From positions 2,396-66,395 of the IMG/VR virus record IMGVR_UViG_3300028874_000014: a stretch of DNA of 64,000 nt; one strand, 5' to 3'. The notes under the pieces were generated by a model. It made no database searches. It saw only the letters and a program-made list of their open reading frames with translations, and had not been told where the DNA came from. Shown here one piece after another: positions 39,489-49,699 of the stretch. The stretch's first letter is position 1. Each line of letters begins with the position of its first letter. Both the position numbers and the translations under genes were made by a program. This DNA comes from a virus.

Positions 39489-40523
39489 ATGACAATAAAA
39501 AAAGGTGCATATTTCACCGATATTCATTTTGGGCGTCGTTCTAATGACATCGTCCACAATCAAGACTGTCTTGATTTTATAGAATGGTTTTGTAGCAATG
39601 TACGTAAAGATCCGTCGGTCACATACATTGCTTTTTTAGGCGACTATTTTGAAAGTCGTTCTAATATCAACATCTTAACATTGACCATGGCCTACAAAGC
39701 ATTAAAAATGCTCAATGAATTAAGACTTCCTATTTATTTTGTAGTCGGTAATCATGATCTACATCGGCGCTCAACTAGAGAAATATTTTCTACTGAAGTG
39801 TTTGGACAATTTTCAAATATTACATTGATCAATGAACCTCTAGTCGTAGAAGAAAAAATCATGTTCTCGCCATTTTTATTTCCAGATGAATATGCGGCCC
39901 TCTCAAAGTATAAAGATATCCCGGTTTTTGCTGGGCATTTCGAATTTAGAAATTTTATGATTACTGGATACAATCTTGTATTAGAGCATGGACCAGATCA
40001 TACATTATTCAAGAACCAAACAAAGATATTTTCTGGCCATTTTCATAAACGTCAATCTAAAGATAATGTTGTGTATTTAGGAAATACATTTCCTATGGAT
40101 TTCGGCGACGCTGGTGATTTATCTAGAGGCATGATGACATATGATCACGATGAAGATAGAGTGGAGTTTTTAGATTGGCATGAATGTCCGTCATACTTAA
40201 AAACTACTTTGAGTAAAGCTCTAGCTGATGAATGGCAGATTATCCCAAATAAAAAAATGAGAGTAATCTGCACTAATGATATCGAGATCAGCTATTCGGA
40301 AGCCCAATTAATAAAAGAGACATTGAAAGAGACATATGATTTTAGAGAATTTAGGTTAGAAGAAAATCATACTGATCGGAAAGATGCTTTAGAAAATGGA
40401 GAGATAGAAGAAAATGATGTTGCTCTTTCAATCGATGAAATCGTAATCAATTCATTATCCGAAATAAAAGAACTAAAATCAATAGACAATAAAAAATTAA
40501 TCGAATTATATAAAAAACTATAA
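39489..40523 (+). CDS. Recombination endonuclease, Mre11/SbcD-like (T4 gp47)
   Basis: 'TDIHFG', 'LGDYF', 'VGNHD', 'GHFE', 'SGHFH'. Confidence 0.93.
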   Translation: MTIKKGAYFTDIHFGRRSNDIVHNQDCLDFIEWFCSNVRKDPSVTYIAFLGDYFESRSNINILTLTMAYKALKMLNELRLPIYFVVGNHDLHRRSTREIFSTEVFGQFSNITLINEPLVVEEKIMFSPFLFPDEYAALSKYKDIPVFAGHFEFRNFMITGYNLVLEHGPDHTLFKNQTKIFSGHFHKRQSKDNVVYLGNTFPMDFGDAGDLSRGMMTYDHDEDRVEFLDWHECPSYLKTTLSKALADEWQIIPNKKMRVICTNDIEISYSEAQLIKETLKETYDFREFRLEENHTDRKDALENGEIEENDVALSIDEIVINSLSEIKELKSIDNKKLIELYKKL

Positions 40524-42268
40524 TGCATTTTGTACTTAAAACCCTTTGGATCCGCAATTTTTTGGGATTTGGAAATAAGCTGACTGAAATAGATCTACAA
40601 ACTCCAGGCACATTACTGATCGTCGGAGAAAATATAGATCGAGGAGGTGCTAATGGATGTGGAAAATCAACAATCACTAATGCTATCAGCTATGCACTAT
40701 ACAACAAACCGCTTGATCAAATTGGTAAAGAACTCCTAATCAACACAACAAATAATTCTAAGAATACCACAATGGAAGTTATTCTTGAATTTGCTGTCGG
40801 TGATATCAATTATAAAATCAAACGCGGTAGAGGTGCCGATTATGATACTAAACTATACATCGATGGTTTAGATAAAACACCAGATTCAATTGATAATATC
40901 AATAAAGCAATAGTGAATATTGTTGGTGTCAGTTATGAGTTATTCAGGCGGACTGTTGTATTTCGTGGTGGAGATGTTCCATTTTTTGAGATGCCATTAA
41001 GTCAACAACGTGGATTGATTGAAGAGCTATTTAAAATTACCACATTAAGTGAAAAAGCAGAAACCCTTAAAAAATTAAATCAAAATCTAGAAAAAGACCT
41101 TGAAGTTTTAGCTGCTCAAATCCTTGCTCAAGAAAAAGCAAGAGATCTTAGAACTAAACACATCAGTGAACATCAAGCTCGACTTCTTAAATGGGAAGCT
41201 GATAAAGCATCGACTGAATCTAGATTATCAAATTTAATAAAATCATTAAGTACTATCGATTATGATGAACAAGAACAAATTCTTAAAGCCATCGAAGAAA
41301 TCGAGCCTGAGTATAAAAAAGCAGAAACAAATAAAGTTTCACTCGAGAAAGAATATTTAGCATTAGAAAAACATCTCATTAAAATAAAGAGCGAACTCAA
41401 ACACCTAGAAGAACAGAAATGTCCATACTGTCTTCAAAAATTTGAAGGTGGCGAATCTAAAATTGTAGAACTAAAACTTGATATAGAAACATCAAACAAA
41501 AAATATCAAGATCTAGAATTTCATATATCTACTCAACATGATATAGCATATGAAGCCAAACAAAAACTTGATGAATTAAAACCAATAGCAAAATACTCCT
41601 CTATCCGGCTTTTGTTAGCGGAGAAACAAAATATAATAACTTATGAATCTCAATTTTTAGCTAATGCGTCTAGCGTCAATCCACATATTGAAGCATACGA
41701 ATCATTATTGAATGAACAAGAAGGTGTAGTAGATTATGAAAAACTTGATGAATACAAATCAGAATTGGAACATCAAAAGTTCCTACTTAAATTACTGATT
41801 GATAAAAATTCGTTCATTAGAAAAAAAATCATTAATAGGTCTGTCCCATTTTTAAACAAACAGATCCATTATCATTCTAAGCAACTCGGTTTGCCACATA
41901 TAGTCAGCTTCAATCCTGACATGTCCTGTGCGATCTCAGAGTATGGACGAGTGCTAGACTACGGTAATCTATCAGGTGGTGAAAAGAAGCGCCTAAACCT
42001 TTCCCTATCGTTAGCCTTTAGGGATATGCTTCATCATCTCCATTCTAGTATCAACATGCTGATTCTTGATGAAGTTGATGCTGGTGCAATGGATGTCATT
42101 GGTGTTGAAGCTATTATTAAAGCTGTAAGATTTAAAGCCTCTGAAGAACCACTAATGGCAGTTTGGATCATTAGCCATCGGCCAGAATGTCAAGGCCGAT
42201 TTGATCGTGAAATGACGGTAAGATTCGAAAATGGATTTTCTAATATCGACAGAATAGAGACACTATAA
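40523..42268 (+). CDS. Recombination ATPase, Rad50/SbcC-like (T4 gp46)
   Basis: 'NGCGKST', Zn hook CPYC, signature 'LSGGEKKR', 'LILDE', 'ISH'. Confidence 0.94.
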   Translation: MHFVLKTLWIRNFLGFGNKLTEIDLQTPGTLLIVGENIDRGGANGCGKSTITNAISYALYNKPLDQIGKELLINTTNNSKNTTMEVILEFAVGDINYKIKRGRGADYDTKLYIDGLDKTPDSIDNINKAIVNIVGVSYELFRRTVVFRGGDVPFFEMPLSQQRGLIEELFKITTLSEKAETLKKLNQNLEKDLEVLAAQILAQEKARDLRTKHISEHQARLLKWEADKASTESRLSNLIKSLSTIDYDEQEQILKAIEEIEPEYKKAETNKVSLEKEYLALEKHLIKIKSELKHLEEQKCPYCLQKFEGGESKIVELKLDIETSNKKYQDLEFHISTQHDIAYEAKQKLDELKPIAKYSSIRLLLAEKQNIITYESQFLANASSVNPHIEAYESLLNEQEGVVDYEKLDEYKSELEHQKFLLKLLIDKNSFIRKKIINRSVPFLNKQIHYHSKQLGLPHIVSFNPDMSCAISEYGRVLDYGNLSGGEKKRLNLSLSLAFRDMLHHLHSSINMLILDEVDAGAMDVIGVEAIIKAVRFKASEEPLMAVWIISHRPECQGRFDREMTVRFENGFSNIDRIETL

Positions 42269-42274
42269 ATACTC

Positions 42275-42561
42275 ATGAACAATAACGGAACTTTTGTAGC
42301 AGTAAGATTTAGAGAAGATATTGTTGTGTGTTGAAACTTGCATCTGACCTGTTGTCTGATAGACATTACATGCTGCGAGAACAATTTGATGCAACTCACG
42401 ACTTTGAAGAATATATTCCTCACATAACACTATCATATGATATAGGTGATTTTGATGTTTCTAAATTACCAGATATCAGGGCGGTTCTTCCTGATCTTTA
42501 CATAGTCTCAGAGTTCAATGAGGAATTAAAAGATGTCGGAAGTATTAGTCAAGAAGCCTAA
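42275..42561 (+). pseudogene. acb1: Internally deleted, frameshifted 2H phosphoesterase (T4 57B / anti-CBASS Acb1-like)
   Basis: ATG at 42275 gives MNNNGTFVAVRF..., stop at 42332; other frame gives '...RH...ATHDFEEYIPHITLSY'; first HxT motif absent. Confidence 0.75.
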
Positions 42562-43078
42562 GAAGAGAGTTAATGGTAAAGCTAAAGGCGGATCAAATGA
42601 ATTAAAGGTATCAAAGCTTTTAACTGAAGCTTTGACCCCTCTCAAGTTCAAAAGGTCTCAGCAATCTGGTGCTATAGTAGGTGGAATGAATTCCAAAACA
42701 GCCGGTGATTATAGTAAGCTCACACTTGCTTTATTCACTGGCGATGTTGTTCCAACAAATGAATGCGTAGACGGAAATCCACGATTTAAATTTGTTGTTG
42801 AATGTAAAGCATATAAAGATGCGGAACGCATGGAAGCTTTATTTGGAACTTCTAAAATATATGAATGGATCAAAGAGGCCGCAATTGATGCTGCCAAAGT
42901 TGATAAGCGCGGAATTCTAATTTGTAAATGGAACAACACCAGCCAGTATTCCGTAGTAGAACCAGATATCATTCTCCCAGATGGAATATCATATTTAACT
43001 TTGATCAATGGGATTAAAGTTTGTTTGTTGGAAGAGTTGTTAAAATATCCTGATTTTTGGATGTCAGATGTCAGATAA
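42533..43078 (+). CDS. Holliday junction resolvase-like PD-(D/E)XK nuclease
   Basis: 'GKAKGGSNELKV', 'SGA', 'GDVV', 'VVECK'. Confidence 0.8.
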   Translation: MSEVLVKKPKKRVNGKAKGGSNELKVSKLLTEALTPLKFKRSQQSGAIVGGMNSKTAGDYSKLTLALFTGDVVPTNECVDGNPRFKFVVECKAYKDAERMEALFGTSKIYEWIKEAAIDAAKVDKRGILICKWNNTSQYSVVEPDIILPDGISYLTLINGIKVCLLEELLKYPDFWMSDVR

Positions 43079-43742
43079 ATTTCAACACACCAAAACAAAA
43101 AGGGAGTATAATAGGCAATCAAATGATTTACCATATCGAACAGATATAGTTAAATTGAATAATCGTTTCGATGATCTGGCTCGTCAAATTATAATTACAT
43201 ATAAGACATATTCAGACATCGAGGAAAAGATAGCTCCTCTAGTAGCTCGTAATTCAAGTAATACTTCATTTTTTCTAACGAGAGAATGGATCGATGAACA
43301 AATAAAAAATTCATACAATATGAATCCCAGTATGTATCGTCGTCTATTAGAGAATATTGAAAAGTTTTACCAGAAACATAAATCATCCAAGAGACTCCCA
43401 AGTCCACACATCATCAGCCATAGGTCAGTCCATTTTGGTGAAGGTTTATTTGAAATAAAACCAATTGATGTTACTAAGTATTTAGAAGCAACAAAAGATC
43501 ATATTCGAAATTTTAAAGTTAATTCAGTACATCAAATCAATGTTGATGGAATTAACTCTTTTTATATTGAGAATATGAGATATGCTAAATATAGGTATAT
43601 GATTTTACGTCCTAAGTTAGGAAAATCTGGAGCACCTATGCCAGATAAATGGGAGATTCTCCTATTCACTTCTGATTTAGGATATAATGTCGAACATATC
43701 GACACAGAGAAGAATCCCAGATATAATGGGAATATACAATAA
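43068..43742 (+). CDS. Hypothetical protein
   Basis: 224-aa ORF overlapping the resolvase stop. Confidence 0.65.
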   Translation: MSDKFQHTKTKREYNRQSNDLPYRTDIVKLNNRFDDLARQIIITYKTYSDIEEKIAPLVARNSSNTSFFLTREWIDEQIKNSYNMNPSMYRRLLENIEKFYQKHKSSKRLPSPHIISHRSVHFGEGLFEIKPIDVTKYLEATKDHIRNFKVNSVHQINVDGINSFYIENMRYAKYRYMILRPKLGKSGAPMPDKWEILLFTSDLGYNVEHIDTEKNPRYNGNIQ

Positions 43743-43762
43743 CAATAACAATAAAAAATAAT

Positions 43763-43987
43763 ATGAATACTAAACTCTGCAGAAAGCTTCGTAAGATTGC
43801 TAAACAAATGGCTACCGCTGAACAGACATATCAGGAATCAGATAATTATAGATCTCGTCTAGAGAAACTTCCTGATGGCCAAATGACTATTGTCCAAGAT
43901 AAAGTACAAGGCACAATTCGTTTAGATCCAAAATGCGCTCGTGCTCTTTATAAGAGATTTAAGAAGGAAGCTAAAAAAGCTAAGTAA
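43763..43987 (+). CDS. Small basic hypothetical protein
   Basis: 74-aa ORF ending the plus-strand operon. Confidence 0.65.
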   Translation: MNTKLCRKLRKIAKQMATAEQTYQESDNYRSRLEKLPDGQMTIVQDKVQGTIRLDPKCARALYKRFKKEAKKAK

Positions 43988-43989
43988 TA

Positions 43990-44675
43990 CAAAATGGTAT
44001 CAAAAATGGTATCAAAAATGATACCATTTTTCCCACACTCATATTCCATGTAGTAATTTTCATGTCGGAGTCGTTAACCTCCATGAGTCGGTGAGGTCTG
44101 CTATGAGAGACCAAGAATCCGTACACAACCCCGAGTACGCGAGAGGCACCATAATCGTCGTTAAGAAGAACAATCAAATATCCATATATTGTCGCTCGGT
44201 TAAGTGTTTAACAAATAAATTCCTAGATGAAGTCACAAAGACTTCAGGAGTAGAATGAATTTTGGTTAATAATTCTACTTGGTATGCGTCACTGAATGCA
44301 GTCCACACAAATCCTGATAAAGCAGTACCTAGGCAGGTTGAAGAAATTCTGAAGTGTGAAACCAAAAATTGCTTAATGTAATTTGACCCGCGCCGAAAGG
44401 CGCCAGGGCATCCTAAGAGAATCTTAGAAGACAATAAATTAAATAGAATAAATGATTCGACTCGACTTAATAAAAAAAGAAAAAATTCAGAAGGAATTAA
44501 GTCGAGTCGCTAGACCTCGATCTTAACTTCCTTCTTACACTGAGCTACGCGAAGTGTATATCTTAGATCAATATATAAATTTCTATATTTACCTATATAC
44601 AAGCTATGAGGCGCTTGTAGGAAAATGGAATTGCTAAAAGCCCGGCAATTCCATTTTCCGGAATTTTTTGAATAA
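43990..44675. ncRNA. Candidate structured non-coding RNA or replication-origin region
   Basis: No convincing ORF; about ten consecutive inverted repeats including a GAAA-tetraloop hairpin. Confidence 0.4.
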
Positions 44676-44918
44676 TCAAATAGACATAACTGCTTGAGGA
44701 TTATCTTTTGCATTTTTAATCTGTCTATTAACCAGATCAGCAACAACTTCTCTTTCTCCAGCAGACATATCTAGTGCTTCATGATAGCCAAGCCCACCGC
44801 GCATAAAATAGACTAGTTCTAACACCGAAGTTAGGATATTCCTGGTCTCATTTCCTAACTGGCTGATATATTCACCAATTTGACCAGGATTACCTGTTTT
44901 GATTATCCTGAAAAAAAA
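44676..44918 (-). CDS. -1 frameshift extension of the gp26-like chaperone (gp51/lambda-T-like segment)
   Basis: Frame open from the U8 run to TGA at 44678-44676: FFFRIIKTGNPGQIGEYISQLGNETRNILTSVLELVYFMRGGLGYHEALDMSAGEREVVADLVNRQIKNAKDNPQAVMSI. Confidence 0.7.
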   Translation of the reverse strand, partial: FFFRIIKTGNPGQIGEYISQLGNETRNILTSVLELVYFMRGGLGYHEALDMSAGEREVVADLVNRQIKNAKDNPQAVMSI

Positions 44919-45697
44919 TTTACAGGATTGAGAGGCAATTCAATAGTCATAACCTCTCCACAATCTTTACATATTACATCTTGCTCAAATTTTGGACCCC
45001 ATTCATTTGAGCTATCTAATGCATCAGCGACATCACTAATATAAGGAGCTGGTGCAGATTCAACCCATTCCTTAATCATTGCCTTATCAGAAATCCCATC
45101 GATATTATCAATCATATTCAATAAATTCTTGACCATATTTTCTTGAATATCTAATGCAGTTGGAACATCTTTATTTGTTGCTTGCAATAAATCGACAATA
45201 TGTTTAAATCTAATAGGTTCTAAAGTTACTACTTGTTCATTAGGTAGAATTACTGAATATCGTTGACCGATCGTAGTAGGATCTAATTCACGAATACCCA
45301 TAATGATTTGTTCAATATCTACTTCATAGGTATGATCTTTACTATCTTTACATTTGTGATTTGCATCAACTCGAAATTTTGGTCCATATGTCACAACACG
45401 TAAGAAACACATCAACGCATCGATATCACGACCAAATAACTCCATTGGGTTTCTGATATCTTCAACACACTCAGCTAAGACTTCTCTTACTGCAGTTCCA
45501 CTGAATAACATATCTGGATTTTTAATCTTTATTTCTGCTAATGCAGACATAGGCCGGACATGAACTTCTCCATCTCTACATATATCTGAAATTTCGCCAT
45601 TTTTGTATAGATATCCGCCAGAAGGCAATTTGAAAATCCGCCCAGGCAATTTTATTTTTGCCATCAACGGATTTGTAACTGGAGCTCTTTGTTCCAT
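44903..45697 (-). CDS. Baseplate hub / tail assembly chaperone (T4 gp26-like)
   Basis: 'LPSGG..Y', 'V.PM.A..EI..KNPD.L', 'D.DAL...LR..TYG', C-terminal CKDC, ends 'PVNFF'. Confidence 0.82.
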   Translation of the reverse strand: MEQRAPVTNPLMAKIKLPGRIFKLPSGGYLYKNGEISDICRDGEVHVRPMSALAEIKIKNPDMLFSGTAVREVLAECVEDIRNPMELFGRDIDALMCFLRVVTYGPKFRVDANHKCKDSKDHTYEVDIEQIIMGIRELDPTTIGQRYSVILPNEQVVTLEPIRFKHIVDLLQATNKDVPTALDIQENMVKNLLNMIDNIDGISDKAMIKEWVESAPAPYISDVADALDSSNEWGPKFEQDVICKDCGEVMTIELPLNPVNFFSG

Positions 45698-45731
45698 AGT
45701 ATTCCTTATAGGTATTCGAAATTATTTATGA

Positions 45732-46151
45732 TTATTTTATTGCCTGGAATTTGAGTCTTTTATCAGGCGGAATAATTTTGTTTAATGCCTGTATTGATTC
45801 TTTAGTCAGTGAAATGTTCCTATATGGCATAGGAACAATCTTCCATAATGGGCATTGTTTAATAATCCCATATGTCACCAATAATGGAAGACCTTGGATA
45901 AGTCGAGGCCTGTTGACTTCGAAAATCCATCTAATGAAATATTCTTTTGCTAATTCTGGAAGTAAATCCAATTTCAACCCGCCCATAGTCAACATCTTTT
46001 GATTGATGCCAGGCAAAAACATCACGGCGTGTTTAGCAATGAAGTCATTGAAGTTCATCTGTGCCGGATCAAAAACTAATTTCTCAGTTTCTGTTTGGTT
46101 TGATTTAGAACTGGATGATTTATGGTATGGGTTCATATTATTATTTATCAC
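45732..46151 (-). CDS. Hypothetical protein
   Basis: ORF under an ATAAATA promoter, divergent from tape measure. Confidence 0.6.
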   Translation of the reverse strand: MINNNMNPYHKSSSSKSNQTETEKLVFDPAQMNFNDFIAKHAVMFLPGINQKMLTMGGLKLDLLPELAKEYFIRWIFEVNRPRLIQGLPLLVTYGIIKQCPLWKIVPMPYRNISLTKESIQALNKIIPPDKRLKFQAIK

Positions 46152-46210
46152 TTATTAAAGGAGGCCAAAAATCAATAAATAAAGAATACTAATAGGAAAA
46201 GGGTATTTGA

Positions 46211-49200
46211 ATGTCGAGCTCAAACCAATCCGTCGATATCAGCCGTACATTAAGTGATCTAACGAAAGAAATTCGAAAGATGTCAGGGACTGGGCCAACT
46301 CGAGCTCATACTGGCGGCGCTAGAAAATCTGATGATGCAATAGATCCAAAATCAATAAAAGAAACAAATAAGTCATTAAAAGAAACACATGACGCATTAG
46401 ACAAAATGAATAAAGGTCTTAACATGACCAATGCTTCATTTAAAGAACTACATGATGCTCATACGGATGCTATTAAAGGTGTTGTCAATACCACCAAAGG
46501 AAATGTTGTAGCAAATAAATTATTGGTTGATTGGATCAATAAGAACGTCAAGGCCCATACATTCTTAGGTGAGGCATTATCTCATACCACTAAGACTGCA
46601 GCGGACCTAGAGAAGCGCCTAGAGCAAACAGGTGACTACCTAGCTGAGTACTCCGAAGCCGTAAGTAAAGCTTCATCAGCTTCCCTATCATCAATTTCAG
46701 ATGCTGGCGAATTAAAGAAAGCTTTAGATAATTTAAATAAGCAAATTACATTATCTGCTGACATTCAGGAAATGATCGCTAAAGGTCAATATGATGCCGC
46801 AGCAAAAGCTTTAGATGATGAAGCTAAAACCGCTCATATGATTCGTGACTCTGCAAGAAAGACATCTCTTCAATTTGGATTACTTGCTGGGGCAGCTGGG
46901 AGTCTTGGTAAAGGGATGTCTAAAGCCCTTGACCATATTGGACATAGTTGGATTAAAGAAGCTGTTGAATTATCTGGCGCCTCTGCTTTAGTAATTGAGG
47001 GCGTTAAAGAAACATATCAACAATTTTGGGAAACGGCAGGGAAAGGATTTGGCGGTGCTTTCTTAAAACTCTCCGGATCTGCAATAAGCCTTGGTATTTC
47101 ATTAGACTCATTATCAACAATCACTAAACAAAATATGAATCTTGTTGGTAAGATGGGACTTGAAGGATTTACCAATTCACTAAAGGCGACGCAAAGTAGT
47201 TTGATGCAACTCGGTCTATCTACAGAAGAAGCAGCAAAGACTAGTGCAATCTTGACACAAAATGCTTTTTTAACTGGCGTCGATTTAAAAAATAAAAAAG
47301 CAGTTAATGAAGCTCAACAAACTCAGATTAAACAATATTCGGAACTTCGTTCTACCACTGGTGAATCTATTGAAGTATTAGCTGAACAAACAAAGTCAAT
47401 ATTAGAAAGTAATGACACGACTAAAGCTATGCTTGGTATGGATAAACAACAACGGGCATTGATGGTCCAAAATATTAATGCCGAACGTATTCGTCTTACT
47501 ACGATGGGTTTAACCAATGAAGCGACCCAAGATTATATTAAAACAATGCAATCAATGGGCGCTGAAAAGGCCGATGATCGAGTATCGGCCTCAAATAAAA
47601 TCTTATCTGCTGGTGCTGTTATGGGGATTGATGCCGATACAACTGCCGCCGCCTCTAGAGCTAGATTAATGACAGATGCTCAACGTGCAGCCGATCCTAC
47701 AGCACAAGCAGATTATGACAAATTCACCAGAGCAATGGCAGCAAAAAATGGTCAAATGAATGGAGTTGGTAGTAATCTTGCTACACAAAAGACTGCAGAT
47801 ATCGGCTTTGGGATGCTCGCCACTGAAGATCAACAGCAAGTTACCACAATGCAAGGTGCTGCTACTGGAACTCGTGGATTAACAGAAGAACAAAAGAAAT
47901 CTAATGCAGCACTTGGTAAAGTCCCTAAAGCTATTGCTGATACTTCTGCTAGAGTTGAAGAAGCCACTAAAGCATTAGAAAGCCCATTAGCTAAAATTGT
48001 TGCTGGAGTGGCTGGCATATTAGCAATTTTAGCTTGGAACAAATACAAAAAGAATGCCATAGAAAAATTAGAAAAAGGTGCAGCGCGCCATGCTGGCCGC
48101 GAAGCGGCAGAAATAGGAGAAGAAGGCAGATCAATCCAAGGATCACGTATCGCCGGATCTGAAAGTGGATTCGGTAAAATGAGTCGGTCCGCGGATGAAC
48201 TAGCATTCCAAGGTAATAAGAAATATATGCCTATGGATAAAGAAACTCGTGCATTTAGAAGTGGCCGTTATTCAGAACTCAACACAAGTATAGGGTCATC
48301 ACGTCTACAAGATTTAGCAGCGCGCCAACGTGTTAGAGGTGTGAGAAGTAAAAGAATTCCTAATTTCTTATCAAAACTTGGTATGCCAGAAAAAGGCCCT
48401 ATCACTGAATTTGGTGGTAAGGTTGGTGGGATGCTTGGAAAAGGCGCCAGTAAAATAGGCGGGGTTTTAGGAAAAGGAGCTAGTAAATTAGCAGGTATGG
48501 GAGCCTCTGCTTTAGAACTGGGGTCAGAAGCTATTCCGGTTGTTGGTGAGATAGTTGCTGCTATTGGTGGGATCTATGGTGCTTTTCAAGGCGTTGAACA
48601 CGCTGCGACTATTTTTGGTGTTGATACTAAAAAAGAAGCGGTCACCACATCCGAAAAAGTTTCTGCCGGGATTGCCGGAGCATTAAGTACTATTTCTATG
48701 GGATTGATACCAGAAGATGGTTTAGCACGATATCTAAATGATGTTGCTACAAATGGCGCTGGGGTCATAGCGGATACTATAGAAAGTGGATTTGAATGGG
48801 TTTATAACACAGCCATTCCAGGGATATGGGCTGGCTTAAAAGCTGTAGTTGGCGGGGTTGGCGGGGCAATTATTCATGGTTTAAATCCAATGGTTTGGAT
48901 TAGAGCATTAACCGGAGTAGGTGGAGGCGGAGACGGGAGTGTTGTGGGTACCATTCTCCAATATATTAGAGAAGCATCAGAATTTATGGTTGTTGCTTTA
49001 GTTAAAGGCGTTGCTGAAATTGGCGCCTCATTTCTTGCTAAAATTATTAGCATGCTCCCATCTTGGATGGTTCCTGATTCAGTGAAAAAAGCTAGTGCAT
49101 CAGCTACTGCTTGGGCCGCATCTGATACTAAATTTTCGGACTTTGATACTAAACAAGAAGCTGATGCAAGATCAAAGCGTTCAGAAGCAAAAAAGAAACG

Positions 49201-49657
49201 TGATGCAGCGAATGATAAAACATCAGAAGATGATTCTAACTCTGTACAAGGTACAACGCCAGATGCCGATACTTCTAACTTAGGTATTGGTAACACATTT
49301 GGACAGCCATTATCTGAAGATCAACTAGCTGCCCAAGGCGTTGTTCTCGGATCATCGCCAACACAATCAACACCGGGTGTTGATGCATCAAATGGTGGAA
49401 CATCAAATTCGCCAGGAACTAATGATACTACTGTGACCAATTCGCCTAATTCGGCCAGTAGTGCATCTCCTCCAAAGTCTGAAACACAATCTTTATTAGA
49501 AGAAATTAGAGATGGAATGAATAAACTAGTTGATCTAACTTCTAAAGGATTGACTATTACAAAAGATGATTCTAAAAAGAACTCAACTGCTAAAACTATG
49601 GCCCAAACAAATTTCCAAGTTCCAACTATAGCAGACTTTTTAAATTATCCAGTGTGA
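46211..49657 (+). CDS. Tail tape measure protein
   Basis: 1148 aa, Ala/Gly/Lys-rich helical; TM-like segments; 'EAIPVVG' motif; late promoter; next to chaperone gene. Confidence 0.78.
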   Translation: MSSSNQSVDISRTLSDLTKEIRKMSGTGPTRAHTGGARKSDDAIDPKSIKETNKSLKETHDALDKMNKGLNMTNASFKELHDAHTDAIKGVVNTTKGNVVANKLLVDWINKNVKAHTFLGEALSHTTKTAADLEKRLEQTGDYLAEYSEAVSKASSASLSSISDAGELKKALDNLNKQITLSADIQEMIAKGQYDAAAKALDDEAKTAHMIRDSARKTSLQFGLLAGAAGSLGKGMSKALDHIGHSWIKEAVELSGASALVIEGVKETYQQFWETAGKGFGGAFLKLSGSAISLGISLDSLSTITKQNMNLVGKMGLEGFTNSLKATQSSLMQLGLSTEEAAKTSAILTQNAFLTGVDLKNKKAVNEAQQTQIKQYSELRSTTGESIEVLAEQTKSILESNDTTKAMLGMDKQQRALMVQNINAERIRLTTMGLTNEATQDYIKTMQSMGAEKADDRVSASNKILSAGAVMGIDADTTAAASRARLMTDAQRAADPTAQADYDKFTRAMAAKNGQMNGVGSNLATQKTADIGFGMLATEDQQQVTTMQGAATGTRGLTEEQKKSNAALGKVPKAIADTSARVEEATKALESPLAKIVAGVAGILAILAWNKYKKNAIEKLEKGAARHAGREAAEIGEEGRSIQGSRIAGSESGFGKMSRSADELAFQGNKKYMPMDKETRAFRSGRYSELNTSIGSSRLQDLAARQRVRGVRSKRIPNFLSKLGMPEKGPITEFGGKVGGMLGKGASKIGGVLGKGASKLAGMGASALELGSEAIPVVGEIVAAIGGIYGAFQGVEHAATIFGVDTKKEAVTTSEKVSAGIAGALSTISMGLIPEDGLARYLNDVATNGAGVIADTIESGFEWVYNTAIPGIWAGLKAVVGGVGGAIIHGLNPMVWIRALTGVGGGGDGSVVGTILQYIREASEFMVVALVKGVAEIGASFLAKIISMLPSWMVPDSVKKASASATAWAASDTKFSDFDTKQEADARSKRSEAKKKRDAANDKTSEDDSNSVQGTTPDADTSNLGIGNTFGQPLSEDQLAAQGVVLGSSPTQSTPGVDASNGGTSNSPGTNDTTVTNSPNSASSASPPKSETQSLLEEIRDGMNKLVDLTSKGLTITKDDSKKNSTAKTMAQTNFQVPTIADFLNYPV

Positions 49658-49699
49658 TTTTTAGACTGATAAATAAAACAATAACTATATAGGAAGACC

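Noticed and set aside
43980-44746. ORF-track entries 43980-44177, 44174-44434 and 44510-44746
   Set aside because: No RBS, atypical composition, overlap dense hairpins; the credible coding frame is the -1 extension ending at 44676.
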